A DNA stretch of 64,000 nucleotides from assembly GCA_965243105.1 (NCBI GenBank), contig CBDEUC010000003.1, forward strand, positions 972,793-1,036,792. Reading direction: 5' to 3'. Source of the DNA: Gammaproteobacteria bacterium. Lineage in GTDB: Bacteria > Pseudomonadota > Gammaproteobacteria > Eutrophobiales > Eutrophobiaceae. The first letter of the stretch is position 1. Each line of letters opens with the position of its first letter. Position numbers and translations under genes: made by a program. The notes beneath the pieces were generated by a model that was given only the letters and a program-made list of their open reading frames with translations, had not been told where the DNA came from and searched no databases. Positions 30,897-41,200 of the stretch are shown in pieces.

Positions 30897-31430
30897 TCAG
30901 CTTTTCGCGAGTAAATCGGCGAGCCTGCGAGTCGTGTGGCGAAGACGCAGGCTGATGATCTGGGAAAGATGCAGGAGAATCTTAACACCGAGGTTGCTGT
31001 TCTTTTCCATGAGGTTGTTAAAGTCCTGCGGTGTCATCACAAGCACGATGGAGTCAATCGAGGTAACCGCGGATGCGGACAGTGGTTCGCCATCGATCAC
31101 ACCCATTTCACCGATACTGTCGCCGCTGCCAATCTCGGCAATCTTGACGTGCTTGTTGTCTGCCGTCTCCTTGAAAATATTGACCTCTCCCGTGACGATA
31201 ATGCAAAGGCTGGCATTTTCATTACCCTCTTCCAGCAGCATGGTGCCGGTGGGTGCCGAGTAGGCTTTCATCCACACCGCGAGCATGGCAATTTCATCCC
31301 TGTCGAGGTCGGTAAAAAATCCCGACTGTCCGATCAGATCATATAATTCGCCAAGCGCCTCATCGCTTTCAGCCAGCAGTTCCATGTCCTGCTGTAGTTC
31401 CTGCGCTGCGGTGGGATTGATATCTGTCAC
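30897..31430 (-). CDS. Cyclic-nucleotide-binding domain protein
   Basis: GDSIGEMGVIDGEPLSASA cNMP-binding phosphate-binding cassette. Confidence 0.65.
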   Translation of the reverse strand: MTDINPTAAQELQQDMELLAESDEALGELYDLIGQSGFFTDLDRDEIAMLAVWMKAYSAPTGTMLLEEGNENASLCIIVTGEVNIFKETADNKHVKIAEIGSGDSIGEMGVIDGEPLSASAVTSIDSIVLVMTPQDFNNLMEKNSNLGVKILLHLSQIISLRLRHTTRRLADLLAKS

Positions 31431-31488
31431 GATGAATATTGCTCAAAAATGAGCCACCAAGAATACACCAAATAGCCGGTGACGGCTG

Positions 31489-32358
31489 CTAGAAAGTATA
31501 GTTCAGACCGAGCCCGAAGATACCGCCGTGTCTCGAGCCGATGTCTTTCACGACCGGGCTGTCGGCAGCGTCACCAAGCAGGTGAATGTAGCGAAGATGC
31601 GCACTGACCGACCAGTGCGGAAAAAACTCGTAGGCGGTACTCAGGGCAAGGGAAACATCACGCAGGCCGGCGCTCGGGTAGTAGGTTCTCAACCCGGTGC
31701 GCTGGGACTGCAGGCGATTTACCCCAAAAAAGGTACGCATGTTTTCACTGTCTGCCCAGGTTGTTGTCAGCGCCATGTAGAACAGTGGCCTGTCCCAGGG
31801 AATACGGCTTCCCAGTTCAAAGATTGCCAGCGTGCCGTGGCCTTCATTAAGAAAGTCGTGGCGTATTTCTGTTTTAAGACGCATGGCCTCGTAGCGAAAG
31901 TTCAGGTAGGCACCGCTGGTAATGGTCCGGCTTATGTCACCCAGCCCTTCAAGCCCGTCGTTCTCTTCACTGCGACCACCGGTGTAGCGTGCAAAGACAC
32001 CGCCATAGATGGTGTCATTGTCAAATAACTTCATACCCGCCTTGCGACCCTTGATAAAAAGAAAGTCTTTCCAGACGATGCGAAGATTTGGCGCGTAGGC
32101 GATTCGGTATGCATCATCGCCGCGATACTCCGGAGCAAGACCACCGATAATACCCAGTCGTACCTGCAGCTCTTTCTCGTCCGGCTCATCCACCTGGTAT
32201 TCCATGTCGGTGATCAGGCCAAGGTCATCGGACACGCTATCCCAGACCTCGAAATCCTCCGTATCCTGCGCCCGTGCGAGGCCACAGCCGAGCACGAGGC
32301 AGGTCAACAGGCCAGCGCGCAGCAGGTAAGTCATTGATTTTACAGACAGTCTCCCCAT
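31489..32358 (-). CDS. MipA/OmpV-family outer-membrane protein
   Basis: Signal peptide, beta-strand pattern and the C-terminal GLGLNYTF. Confidence 0.7.
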   Translation of the reverse strand: MGRLSVKSMTYLLRAGLLTCLVLGCGLARAQDTEDFEVWDSVSDDLGLITDMEYQVDEPDEKELQVRLGIIGGLAPEYRGDDAYRIAYAPNLRIVWKDFLFIKGRKAGMKLFDNDTIYGGVFARYTGGRSEENDGLEGLGDISRTITSGAYLNFRYEAMRLKTEIRHDFLNEGHGTLAIFELGSRIPWDRPLFYMALTTTWADSENMRTFFGVNRLQSQRTGLRTYYPSAGLRDVSLALSTAYEFFPHWSVSAHLRYIHLLGDAADSPVVKDIGSRHGGIFGLGLNYTF

Positions 32359-32515
32359 ATTGACTCACATTCTTACGCAATATGGGATATAAATCAATAA
32401 GTTATATATGATTTATAATCTGTCTTGTTAATTAAGGTTGTGTCTATACTTTGTATTAAGGTGTGTGGGGCCCTGCCAATCTTGTACCCAGCCGCCTGTG
32501 TGAGTGTCGATCGTG

Positions 32516-33238
32516 TTACTCCCACGAGCGTAGCGAGTAGCTGGATCCGTCAGCGATCACCGTTGCGATGTAGTCCTCGCCACAGTCAACGCGACTCATG
32601 TGCCAGTTGTTTAGATCGTTTTCCTGCCAGCCGGTACGCAGCATGCGGGGTGCTTCATCGGGATCGATATTCACATCAAACTCTGACAGGCCGTACTTGA
32701 TACCCTTGCCTACCGCTTTCACAAAGGCCTCCTTTCTTGTCCAGGTCGCAAAAAATGCTCTCACGCGATCGCCCTGGAAATTTTCAAACTGCTCGTTCTC
32801 CACCCTGGAAAAATATCGCCTTGCCAGCTTGCCGTGCTCGGGATCCTCGCGCAGCTTTTCCACGTCTATGCCGAGACGGCGATCAAGACCCAGTGCCACC
32901 AGCGCCATGCCGTGGGAATGTGAAACATTAAATGCTATCGGCTTGTTATCAATGACAAGGTCAAGAAAGGGCTTGTTGTCCTCGCTGTACTGGAATTCAA
33001 AACTGCTGGCAGGTTGTGAAGCAACGATGGACAGTGCCTGGCGGAGCAGGCCACGGGTGACGACGTACTCTTCGAACTTTCCCGGGAATTTAAAGCGAGC
33101 CGCGCGTTGCTTTTCTTCGTCGGAGAGGGTGGCATGAAATTCATCGATACGCTGTGCGGGAAGGTCGATGCGACTACGCCAGATATCAACGTGATCGACA
33201 TCAAGCCGGTGTTCTCCTGTTACTTTAGCCCACATCAC
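32516..33238 (-). CDS. Sfp-type 4'-phosphopantetheinyl transferase (PfaE-like)
   Basis: FNVSHS and WTRKEAFVKAVG motifs. Its start is in an ATGA overlap with the upstream oleD-like gene. Confidence 0.8.
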   Translation of the reverse strand: MMWAKVTGEHRLDVDHVDIWRSRIDLPAQRIDEFHATLSDEEKQRAARFKFPGKFEEYVVTRGLLRQALSIVASQPASSFEFQYSEDNKPFLDLVIDNKPIAFNVSHSHGMALVALGLDRRLGIDVEKLREDPEHGKLARRYFSRVENEQFENFQGDRVRAFFATWTRKEAFVKAVGKGIKYGLSEFDVNIDPDEAPRMLRTGWQENDLNNWHMSRVDCGEDYIATVIADGSSYSLRSWE

Positions 33239-34224
33239 TGTGTTTCAAGGCTACGTGCCAGTGCCTGCATTCCCTCTTCGATCCTCGTGCCTGGTTCATA
33301 AGCAAGGTCGCGACGCGCGGCACTGATGTCATACCAGTGTGAGCAGCTTAGCTGTCGTGCAATAAAGCGTGTCATGGCAGGTTCGCCCTTGATCCTGAGG
33401 AGTGTATAGATAGCTTCCAGCGCCGCGCCAATTGCATAGGCCAGCCCCGGTGAGATCCTCCGTCTTTCCTCTTCAAGACCCGCGGCAGTAAGAATACGGT
33501 TAACGATATTTTCCATGGACATGGGTTCGCCGTTACTGATGAAGTAGGCCTTACCTGCACAGGCCGCGGTGCTGTCGAGTTTTTCCAGCGCATTAAGGTG
33601 TGCGGACACGGCGTTGTCGATGTAGGTGATATCGACAAGATTTTCCCGCGAGCCCACCAGCCGTAAACGCCCGGCCCTGGCCCGTTCAATGATACGTGGC
33701 GCCAGGTGCGGATCGCCGGGTCCAAAAATAAGGTGAGGTCTCAGTGCTACCGTGGCGAGACCCGCATCATTCGCAGCCAGTACCGCTTCCTCGGCTTCCG
33801 CCTTGGTACGCTGGTAGTTGGTCAGGTAACGCTCGGGAAGTGGCGTCGACTCGTCAATACCATCCTCATCTTCACCGGCAAACACGATGCTGGGTGAACT
33901 GGTATACACAAGACGCTTTATGCCCAGTTCTCTGCATGCATTGATGACATTCAGGGTGCCAACGACATTACTTCGATAATATTCCTGGTAGTCTCCCCAC
34001 ACACCAGCCTTTGCTGCAACGTGCATCACCGCGTCACAGCCCTCGGCTGCCTGCATCACGTCTCTCGCGTCGCCGATATCTCCACGGCGAATCTCAAGAC
34101 CCATGGACTCAAGCTCGGGATAGTGTCCCCGCTGCAGGGTGACAACCTCGTCTCCCCTCTCCTTCAGCGCCGTGGCTATTCCCCTGCCAAGAAAACCACC
34201 TGCACCTGTGACAAGTATTCGCAT
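33235..34224 (-). CDS. oleD: NAD(P)-dependent 3beta-HSD-family reductase (OleD-like)
   Basis: VTGAGGFLG Rossmann motif. It sits in the fourth position of the FabH-like / hydrolase / ligase / reductase gene order. Confidence 0.7.
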   Translation of the reverse strand: MRILVTGAGGFLGRGIATALKERGDEVVTLQRGHYPELESMGLEIRRGDIGDARDVMQAAEGCDAVMHVAAKAGVWGDYQEYYRSNVVGTLNVINACRELGIKRLVYTSSPSIVFAGEDEDGIDESTPLPERYLTNYQRTKAEAEEAVLAANDAGLATVALRPHLIFGPGDPHLAPRIIERARAGRLRLVGSRENLVDITYIDNAVSAHLNALEKLDSTAACAGKAYFISNGEPMSMENIVNRILTAAGLEEERRRISPGLAYAIGAALEAIYTLLRIKGEPAMTRFIARQLSCSHWYDISAARRDLAYEPGTRIEEGMQALARSLETQ

Positions 34225-35858
34225 CAGGGCTGCTCGCTGGCCCAGGCAGTCAGTTCGGCACGGCCAATCTTGGCGTTATGACGTATGTCGACGGGAAAGC
34301 CGGGATGCACAAGTATTCTTCTTATCATCGCTGTTATTTCATATTGGCCGGCAAGCCCAAGCAATTCTTTTTCAAGCGCAGCAAGATCGCTATTATCTTC
34401 CACCTCGATACAAAGCACCGGCTCTGTGTCTCCTTCTTTACCCACACCCACTAGCGCACTGCGCCTGACCTGGCTATGCTGGTTAAAAATACCCTCGCAG
34501 CAGGCAGTAAAGTAAGTTGTCTCACCACAGGTGACGCGCTCACTCAGCCTTCCGCAAAACCACAGTCGTCCCGAATCATCAAAATAACCCAGGTCACCCA
34601 TGCGATGATAAAAACCATCCTCGCCGCTGTCGATCTTGGCCAATGCTGTTGAAGCTGCACGGTTATGATAGGAGGCCGTCACCTGTTCACCCCGCACAAC
34701 AATCTCACCAACCTCTTTCAGCGCCAGTTCCCTCGCATCACGCCACGACGGAATGACATCATCGCTGATGGCGACAATCTTAACATCGAGACCCGGCACG
34801 GGCCGACCTATGCAGACACCGTGACCTGTCGCCGTGAGTTCGGCTGTCTCACCCAGTATCTCTGCACTTCCAATTGAGGCCACCGGCAGCGCTTCCGTTG
34901 CACCGTAGGGCGTAAATATTTCTACACCGTCTGCCAGTAATGAGGTGAATCGCTCTATGATCTCTGCTGACACCGGCGCACCAGCCGAGATCACCCTTCT
35001 CAGGCTATCCAGCCTGGCCTGCCTGCCTTCAGCCCAGCGACCCACGCGGTCAAGCAGCGCCGGGGAGCCAAACATGGTGGTTGCTGAAAAGTCATTGATG
35101 GCATCAGCGATAGTCTGTCCGTCAACATGACCGGGCCGGGTGAAGTCCATCATGGGAATGATCGAGGTCATACCCATGGCCGGTGCAAACAGGGCAAAAA
35201 GTGGAAAGGTGGCGAGATCCACCTCGCCGGGTTGAATATCATAGAGCGCCTGCAGCGCCTTGACCTGGGCAGTGAAGTTTCCATGATTGTAGTTAACGCC
35301 TTTTGGTACACCGGTGCTGCCACTGGTAAACAGGATTGCCGCAGGGTCGCGGGACTCGCTCGCTACAAGTGTCTCTTTATTACTGCCAGCGCCAAGCCGG
35401 CGTAGATCATCGGTGCCCTGCATCAACAGGCGAAGCGGGGACCATGAACCCGAATGCACAAGCTTCATTTTCCTGTCCCGACACCAGCCCATCAGCAGGC
35501 GTGCAAGATGCGCCTTGCCAATCCCGATGAAGGCATCGGGCTCCGCCTCTGCAAGGCATGTCTTGAGATTCTTTAATCCCATACCGGGATCGATTGCCAC
35601 CAGCACCGCGCCAATTTTAAAAAGCGCAAACACCAGCTCAAAAAACTCCAACCCCGGCTTCACCATCAACACCGTGCGAGTCCCTTTCGTTATACCCGCT
35701 TCCTGCAGTCCTCGAGCCATGATATCGCTGGCATGATCCAGTTCCGCGTAGGTATAGCGCGGGTAGTCTTTCCCATTGGACTGCATGGCAACAGCCAGGG
35801 TATTCGGCTGGGCCTTTGCCATTACAGGCAGGTGCGAGGCAATGTTGGGAGTAATCAT
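34224..35858 (-). CDS. oleC: AMP-dependent synthetase/ligase (OleC-like beta-lactone synthetase)
   Basis: 544-aa ORF with the ANL motif TSGSTGVPKGV. Confidence 0.7.
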   Translation of the reverse strand: MITPNIASHLPVMAKAQPNTLAVAMQSNGKDYPRYTYAELDHASDIMARGLQEAGITKGTRTVLMVKPGLEFFELVFALFKIGAVLVAIDPGMGLKNLKTCLAEAEPDAFIGIGKAHLARLLMGWCRDRKMKLVHSGSWSPLRLLMQGTDDLRRLGAGSNKETLVASESRDPAAILFTSGSTGVPKGVNYNHGNFTAQVKALQALYDIQPGEVDLATFPLFALFAPAMGMTSIIPMMDFTRPGHVDGQTIADAINDFSATTMFGSPALLDRVGRWAEGRQARLDSLRRVISAGAPVSAEIIERFTSLLADGVEIFTPYGATEALPVASIGSAEILGETAELTATGHGVCIGRPVPGLDVKIVAISDDVIPSWRDARELALKEVGEIVVRGEQVTASYHNRAASTALAKIDSGEDGFYHRMGDLGYFDDSGRLWFCGRLSERVTCGETTYFTACCEGIFNQHSQVRRSALVGVGKEGDTEPVLCIEVEDNSDLAALEKELLGLAGQYEITAMIRRILVHPGFPVDIRHNAKIGRAELTAWASEQP

Positions 35859-36001
35859 TTAACGCTGTTCCTGGAATTCCTTACCTGCATGAATAGCACG
35901 CGGACGCGCTGTAAATACTTCCATGTACGCTCACCGGCGGCATCCATGCCGCCGAAGGTCCGCTTATCTATTCATTCAGGTACGCAAATAGAGACCGCGG
36001 C

Positions 36002-36880
36002 TCATTTTTTCATAAATTCTTCTACCAGCGGTACAACATCCTCGCCGGCATCCTCGAGTATGTAGTGCCCGGCGTCCTCAAAACGATGAACAGTGGCATT
36101 GGGAAAGCGTCGCTGCCATTCATCGAGGAAATAAGAATCAAAAACGAAGTCCTTCATACCCCAGCAAATCAGCATCGGTATGCCGGAGAATTGCTGCAGC
36201 TTCTCTTGTACCTGCGTGATCGTGTCATAACCACTGTCGCCTTTTTCAAGTGGAATCACCTCGACAAACTTTCTTACCGCCACGCGATTTACCCAGGAAT
36301 CATAGGGCGCAAGATAGGCTGCTCCCACGTCCGCCGGCATGGGCCTGCGTGTAACGCAGTATTTTACTGCGCCCTTTGCAAAGGCGTTGAAGCCCTGGTT
36401 GAGTAGCTTGTTGATCATCGGCAGGCGACTGACTTTAAGTTGCCACGGGATCTCCCTGCCTGCAGGTAAATGAAAGGCTGCAGTATTCAGGATCACCAGT
36501 CGCTTGATACGTTCCGGGTAACGAGCCGCCCAGGTCATACCAATCATGCCTCCCCAGTCATGGACCACGAGAGTGATATCATCACCCGGCGCCAGCTTGT
36601 CCAGCAGCGCATCGAGATCATCCACGCGCCGGTCAAGACCAAAGTCGTAGGCATCAGCAGCCGGTTTATCTGACAGGCCCATGCCAACATGGTCCGGAAC
36701 GATGCAGCGGTACTCATCACTTAAAGCAATGACAAGATGACGATAATAAAACGACCAGCTGGGATTCCCGTGCAGCATCACCACCGCAGGTGCAGTGCGT
36801 GGCCCCTCATCGATGTAATGAATACGCAGGTCCTTGACCGTTGCGTAGTGGCTTTTAAATGGGTAGTCGGGGAAGGTCAT
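36002..36880 (-). CDS. oleB: Alpha/beta hydrolase with Asp nucleophile (haloalkane-dehalogenase-like, OleB-like)
   Basis: VVHDWGGMIG nucleophile elbow. Confidence 0.7.
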   Translation of the reverse strand: MTFPDYPFKSHYATVKDLRIHYIDEGPRTAPAVVMLHGNPSWSFYYRHLVIALSDEYRCIVPDHVGMGLSDKPAADAYDFGLDRRVDDLDALLDKLAPGDDITLVVHDWGGMIGMTWAARYPERIKRLVILNTAAFHLPAGREIPWQLKVSRLPMINKLLNQGFNAFAKGAVKYCVTRRPMPADVGAAYLAPYDSWVNRVAVRKFVEVIPLEKGDSGYDTITQVQEKLQQFSGIPMLICWGMKDFVFDSYFLDEWQRRFPNATVHRFEDAGHYILEDAGEDVVPLVEEFMKK

Positions 36881-37069
36881 TATGATGCGAGTTGCTAGTA
36901 ATTCATTTGCTGCATGGCGACGTTGGTGTAAACAGGTAAGCAGACTCTCAGCGACAGGGATGTCGCTGTGAAGCGTACATGGATGTATTCACAGCGTGTC
37001 TGCGTTCTGTTTATACCAAAAAGTCGGCAAGGCTGATTAGGAGAAAAAGGGCAATTTCGGAAAAAAAAC

Positions 37070-38269
37070 TTACCATTCCCAGCCAATCATAAGACAGTTA
37101 AGACCACTGCCTATTCCAAGAAACCCAACATGATCCCCCGGCTTCAGAAAATTACGCTGGTGCGCAATGGCCGCGGTCATCGGCAGCGATACCGTACCCA
37201 TGTTACCCAGGTACTTGAAGGTGCTGTAATCCTTTTCCGGGGCAATTCCCAGTTCACGAAGAATGGTTTCACGGTGCCCGTCTCCCACCTGGTGACAAAT
37301 CACCTTGTCCACCTGGTCAACCGCCCAGCCCATTTTCTTGAGAAAGGCACCCCAGGTAGAGACACCCAGTTTTGCACCGTACTTGAGAACGGATACTGAA
37401 TCAGTGGCCATGAACTCCGTCATTGCCTTTGGCAGCGTTTCAGAAGGAAGCAGGTTGGCGACCACCGGTGGCAGCTTGTCACTGGTCATCATTTCCTTCA
37501 TCGCGGTGGGGATGGCTTCCGGCTGCATGACCTCGTCCAGCGCAGTCATCAGCTTGTCCGGTGAAAACATCAGCTTGCCCAGCTCCGCCGGTGTAAAGGT
37601 AATACCCCAGCGACAAAGACGGTGATGCTCGGGTGCAGTACGCGTGGCTTCGCCAATCAGGCGATGCGTGGCATCGTTGTCAAAGGAACCATCGGTCAGC
37701 AGCACCGCTGCAGCACCGGAGCCACCGGTCAGGGTTGCCAGTGAAGAGCTGAACATTTCCATGGAGCGGTCGTTCAGCATGCGTTGAATCATGGTCTCAA
37801 CAATTTCCCGCGCTGATTCACAGGAAACCACCATGCCGGCGCGGATCTGGCCAAGCTCGATGCGATTGGCAATGTCGATAATACCGTTCAGAGTACCCAG
37901 GCAGGCATTGGATATGTCGTAGATATAGGCATTCGTGCTGATGCCAATCTTGTCCGCCACGGCACAGGCAGTGGCCGGTTCATAGTTCTCGCGGCACACG
38001 CCGGAGTAAATCAGCACACCGATATCTTCGGGCCTGACGTTGGATTGTTCCATGGCCTTGCGTGCCGCGGCCGCTGCACCATCGGAGAGGGCGTGGCCCG
38101 ACTCCCACCAGCGTCGTTCACTGATACCGGTGAGCGCCTCGAGCTGACCCGGGGCGATATGCAGGGTGTCGTACATGGGCGCGAGCCGTGCCTCGAGGTC
38201 ATCAGAGGTAATCACCTCCGAGGGCAACTCGTAGCCAATGGACTCCATGTGGACCTTGCGATAATTCAT
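37070..38269 (-). CDS. oleA: FabH-like thiolase-superfamily condensing enzyme (OleA-like), with an insertion of about 50 aa
   Basis: Catalytic Cys in NACLG, His in CHQVGDG and Asn in GNMGTVS. Its start is in an ATGA overlap with the upstream PKS-like gene. Confidence 0.65.
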   Translation of the reverse strand: MNYRKVHMESIGYELPSEVITSDDLEARLAPMYDTLHIAPGQLEALTGISERRWWESGHALSDGAAAAARKAMEQSNVRPEDIGVLIYSGVCRENYEPATACAVADKIGISTNAYIYDISNACLGTLNGIIDIANRIELGQIRAGMVVSCESAREIVETMIQRMLNDRSMEMFSSSLATLTGGSGAAAVLLTDGSFDNDATHRLIGEATRTAPEHHRLCRWGITFTPAELGKLMFSPDKLMTALDEVMQPEAIPTAMKEMMTSDKLPPVVANLLPSETLPKAMTEFMATDSVSVLKYGAKLGVSTWGAFLKKMGWAVDQVDKVICHQVGDGHRETILRELGIAPEKDYSTFKYLGNMGTVSLPMTAAIAHQRNFLKPGDHVGFLGIGSGLNCLMIGWEW

Positions 38270-41200
38270 GATTCGGTCATTTTAAGGGCAAAGTCGTTCA
38301 TCTGATAGATAATTCTGCCATCCACGCTTAAAAACCCCTCGGCATGTAGGGTCTTTGCCCCATCATCAATGGCCGTGATCGAGGCCTGCACGGTGACCTT
38401 CTCGTCCGCGGGAATGATCTGCCCGCGGTATAGCCAGCTGTGTTCCTGCTCAAGGGCCATGCACTGGAACTGGCTGTTCTCATCCTCACTCCAGCGCTCT
38501 ATTGCCACCACTTTCAGCAGCTGCAGAAAGGATTCCAGCCCCAGCGAACCCGGCCATACCGGGTCCTGGTAAAAGTGTGCCTTGAAGAACCAGGCATCGG
38601 GGTTTACCTCGGCCGTGCCCCTGATGAAACCCAGGCCATGGGGGCCACCGCTGGCATCGAAGCATTCGACCTGTCCCACCATGCGCATTTGATCATCCGG
38701 GTAAGGCGCCGCGCTGGGATAGGTAAATCGACTGGCCCGTGCCTGCTCTTCATCACCCGGTTCATAGGGTGTCACATCGCGAATACCCACCTGGTCTGCC
38801 AGTGCCGCCTTTGAAAAGAAACCAAAGTAGGTATCACCCACGTACACCAGGCCGTCACCGTTACTCACGGCAAAGTCATAGTTCTGGATAATCATGCCGC
38901 CGGAAAGCGCGACATTGGTGATCTTCACTTTAATACTGAGCGTGCCGCAGTCCGGGTTCACTGCCTGCAATTGCTTTGCCTTGCCACCCAGGTTTCGAAA
39001 GGACATATCGATATCGCTGGTGAGCGCCGAGCCAAGGTAAGCGGCGAGCCAGCCGCAGGGCTGCAGGGCAATTTCCAGCAGCACGGAAAACGGCATGCTG
39101 TGCTGCCTGTCAGCCTCGAAGTACCAGGCATCGACGGGCACGTCATATTCACCCACGATGGTGCCGCCGGCTTTTAGCTGCCACTGCTCGCAATCCTCGA
39201 TGGATACAATACGGTCAAGAAACTGGAACGGCGGTCCGGGCAGGCGCGCGATAATTCTTTCATCATCAAACACGCGGTAACGATCGCCAAATGCCTCGGA
39301 TGGCTTGCCCACGGCAAAGGCATTGATGGAGGCGTAATCAAACAGCACCGGTCTTGCAGTTTCTTCAACGGCGCCCGCCCGCTTCGCCCAGCGTGCCTCG
39401 ATGCGTGCACGGTCAAGGCCTGTCAGCTGTAGCGACATGTTGCTCATCTGCACAATGGCGCGACCATCGGCAGACATCAGTGCATCGGCAATAACATAGG
39501 GCACACCATCACCATCCCGGTAGCCGATCTCCTTGATGCTTATCTGGTACTCGACCTTGCTGGTGCTCGCCAGCACCTGTCCGCGGCACTTGAGCTTGCT
39601 GGTCACTTCCTGCACCGGTTCATAAACAAACTCGCTGACTTCACCCACCCAGCCCATGCGTAGCAGGTACACTCGAAGCGTGTGCAGGCAGCATTCGTAC
39701 ATCAGGGTACCGGGCATCACCTGGTCATCCATGAAGTGACAGGTGATAAACCAGTCATCCTCGTGAATGTCCGCCTCACCGGTGATCATACCGAGACCAT
39801 AGCGACCACCCTGTGGCTCAAGGGAAAGAATGCGGTGCACCAGGGTCATGCGTCCACCGGGTAAGCCCATGGCATCATTCAATGACAGCTGTTCAAACAC
39901 GCCGCCAAAGCAGGTGGCAAGATCACCTTTTCTCAGGGCATCAAGCTGCGCATCGCTGTAACTTTCTTCCTGCATGGCAAGTGGCATGGACCAGTTTTCA
40001 CTGGTCTTACCCGCCACCGGCTTTTGCTCAAGACTGGTAAGCACGATACCGCGTCCCGCATCGAGCTCCGCCTGGCTGAAGAAACCGGCACAACCGTTGC
40101 GCATGGTAATGAGCTTTTCGCCATTGACGGTACCGTCAAAGTGAAAACGAAACAGCCAGGTATCTCCCTGTCGAAAGAAGTGATCAATATGTATGTCGTA
40201 GTGAATCACCTGGCCGGCGTGGGGCAGTGACCCGTGAAAACAGACTTCCGCATCCAGCAGGCGATAAACCGCGAGCCCCTTTGTTTCAAGGTCAATGCCG
40301 AGGTAACCGGACAGGAAGAGATCCGCCTGCCCTGCTTCAACAGCAATACAGGTGGGGATCCTGCCCGCATCAAGGTACCAGGCACCTTCAAGCACATCAT
40401 GTTCGGTCACCACCCTGCCGTGGGTCATCGATGCCGCTTCCCCTTCCACCTCGATAATGCGATCAACCAGCATCAGCGGTTCATCGGGTAAACGTACACG
40501 GGTGGGATAACTGTCCACCTCGGCAAAGCGGGGCCCAAGCATTTTTGCAATGGAGCCAATGGCGTACTCCATGCACATGTCGCGATCAAAGGCGACGTCC
40601 CTCGGAGTTGCCTGCGCCGGTGCCGTGACGCTGTTGATATTGAAGTCTGCCGGTGCATCCTGCAGCAGCTGCATCTGCGTGGAAATGGCCTGGCTCATGG
40701 CCTGGTTAATTCCGTTGGCAACACGCAGGAAGGCTTCTTCCGCCTCGGCCCGCGCTGCCTCGGTGGCAGCAAGCTGGTCAATCATCAGTGACATGGTATC
40801 CAGCTGCCTGTCGAGCCCCGGGTGCGCAATGACCTCGGCCGTGCTTACCTGCGCGCTTTCCACGCTGGCAGGCTGCGCCTGCTTTTTACGCGGCAGGGGT
40901 ATGTTCAATGCCTGCTTGCCCACCTCGATGGCAAGGGAGTTTCCACTCGCCACGGCCTTATCCTCGTACTCGTACAGTGCAGACAGGTCCAGCTGCACCC
41001 CTTCACTGTTCAACATCGCCAGTATGCGCAGCACGTTACCCACATCGCTTTGCCCGGCTACGCAGGCAGAACGTGCACGGTGGGGTTTGTCGCCGAGTAT
41101 TCGCCCGATCATGCGAGAGCAGCTTGCACCCGGACCCATTTCAATAAAGAGTCGAACACCGTCATTCCAGGCGGCATTCACAAGCCTGGTGTAATCAAAG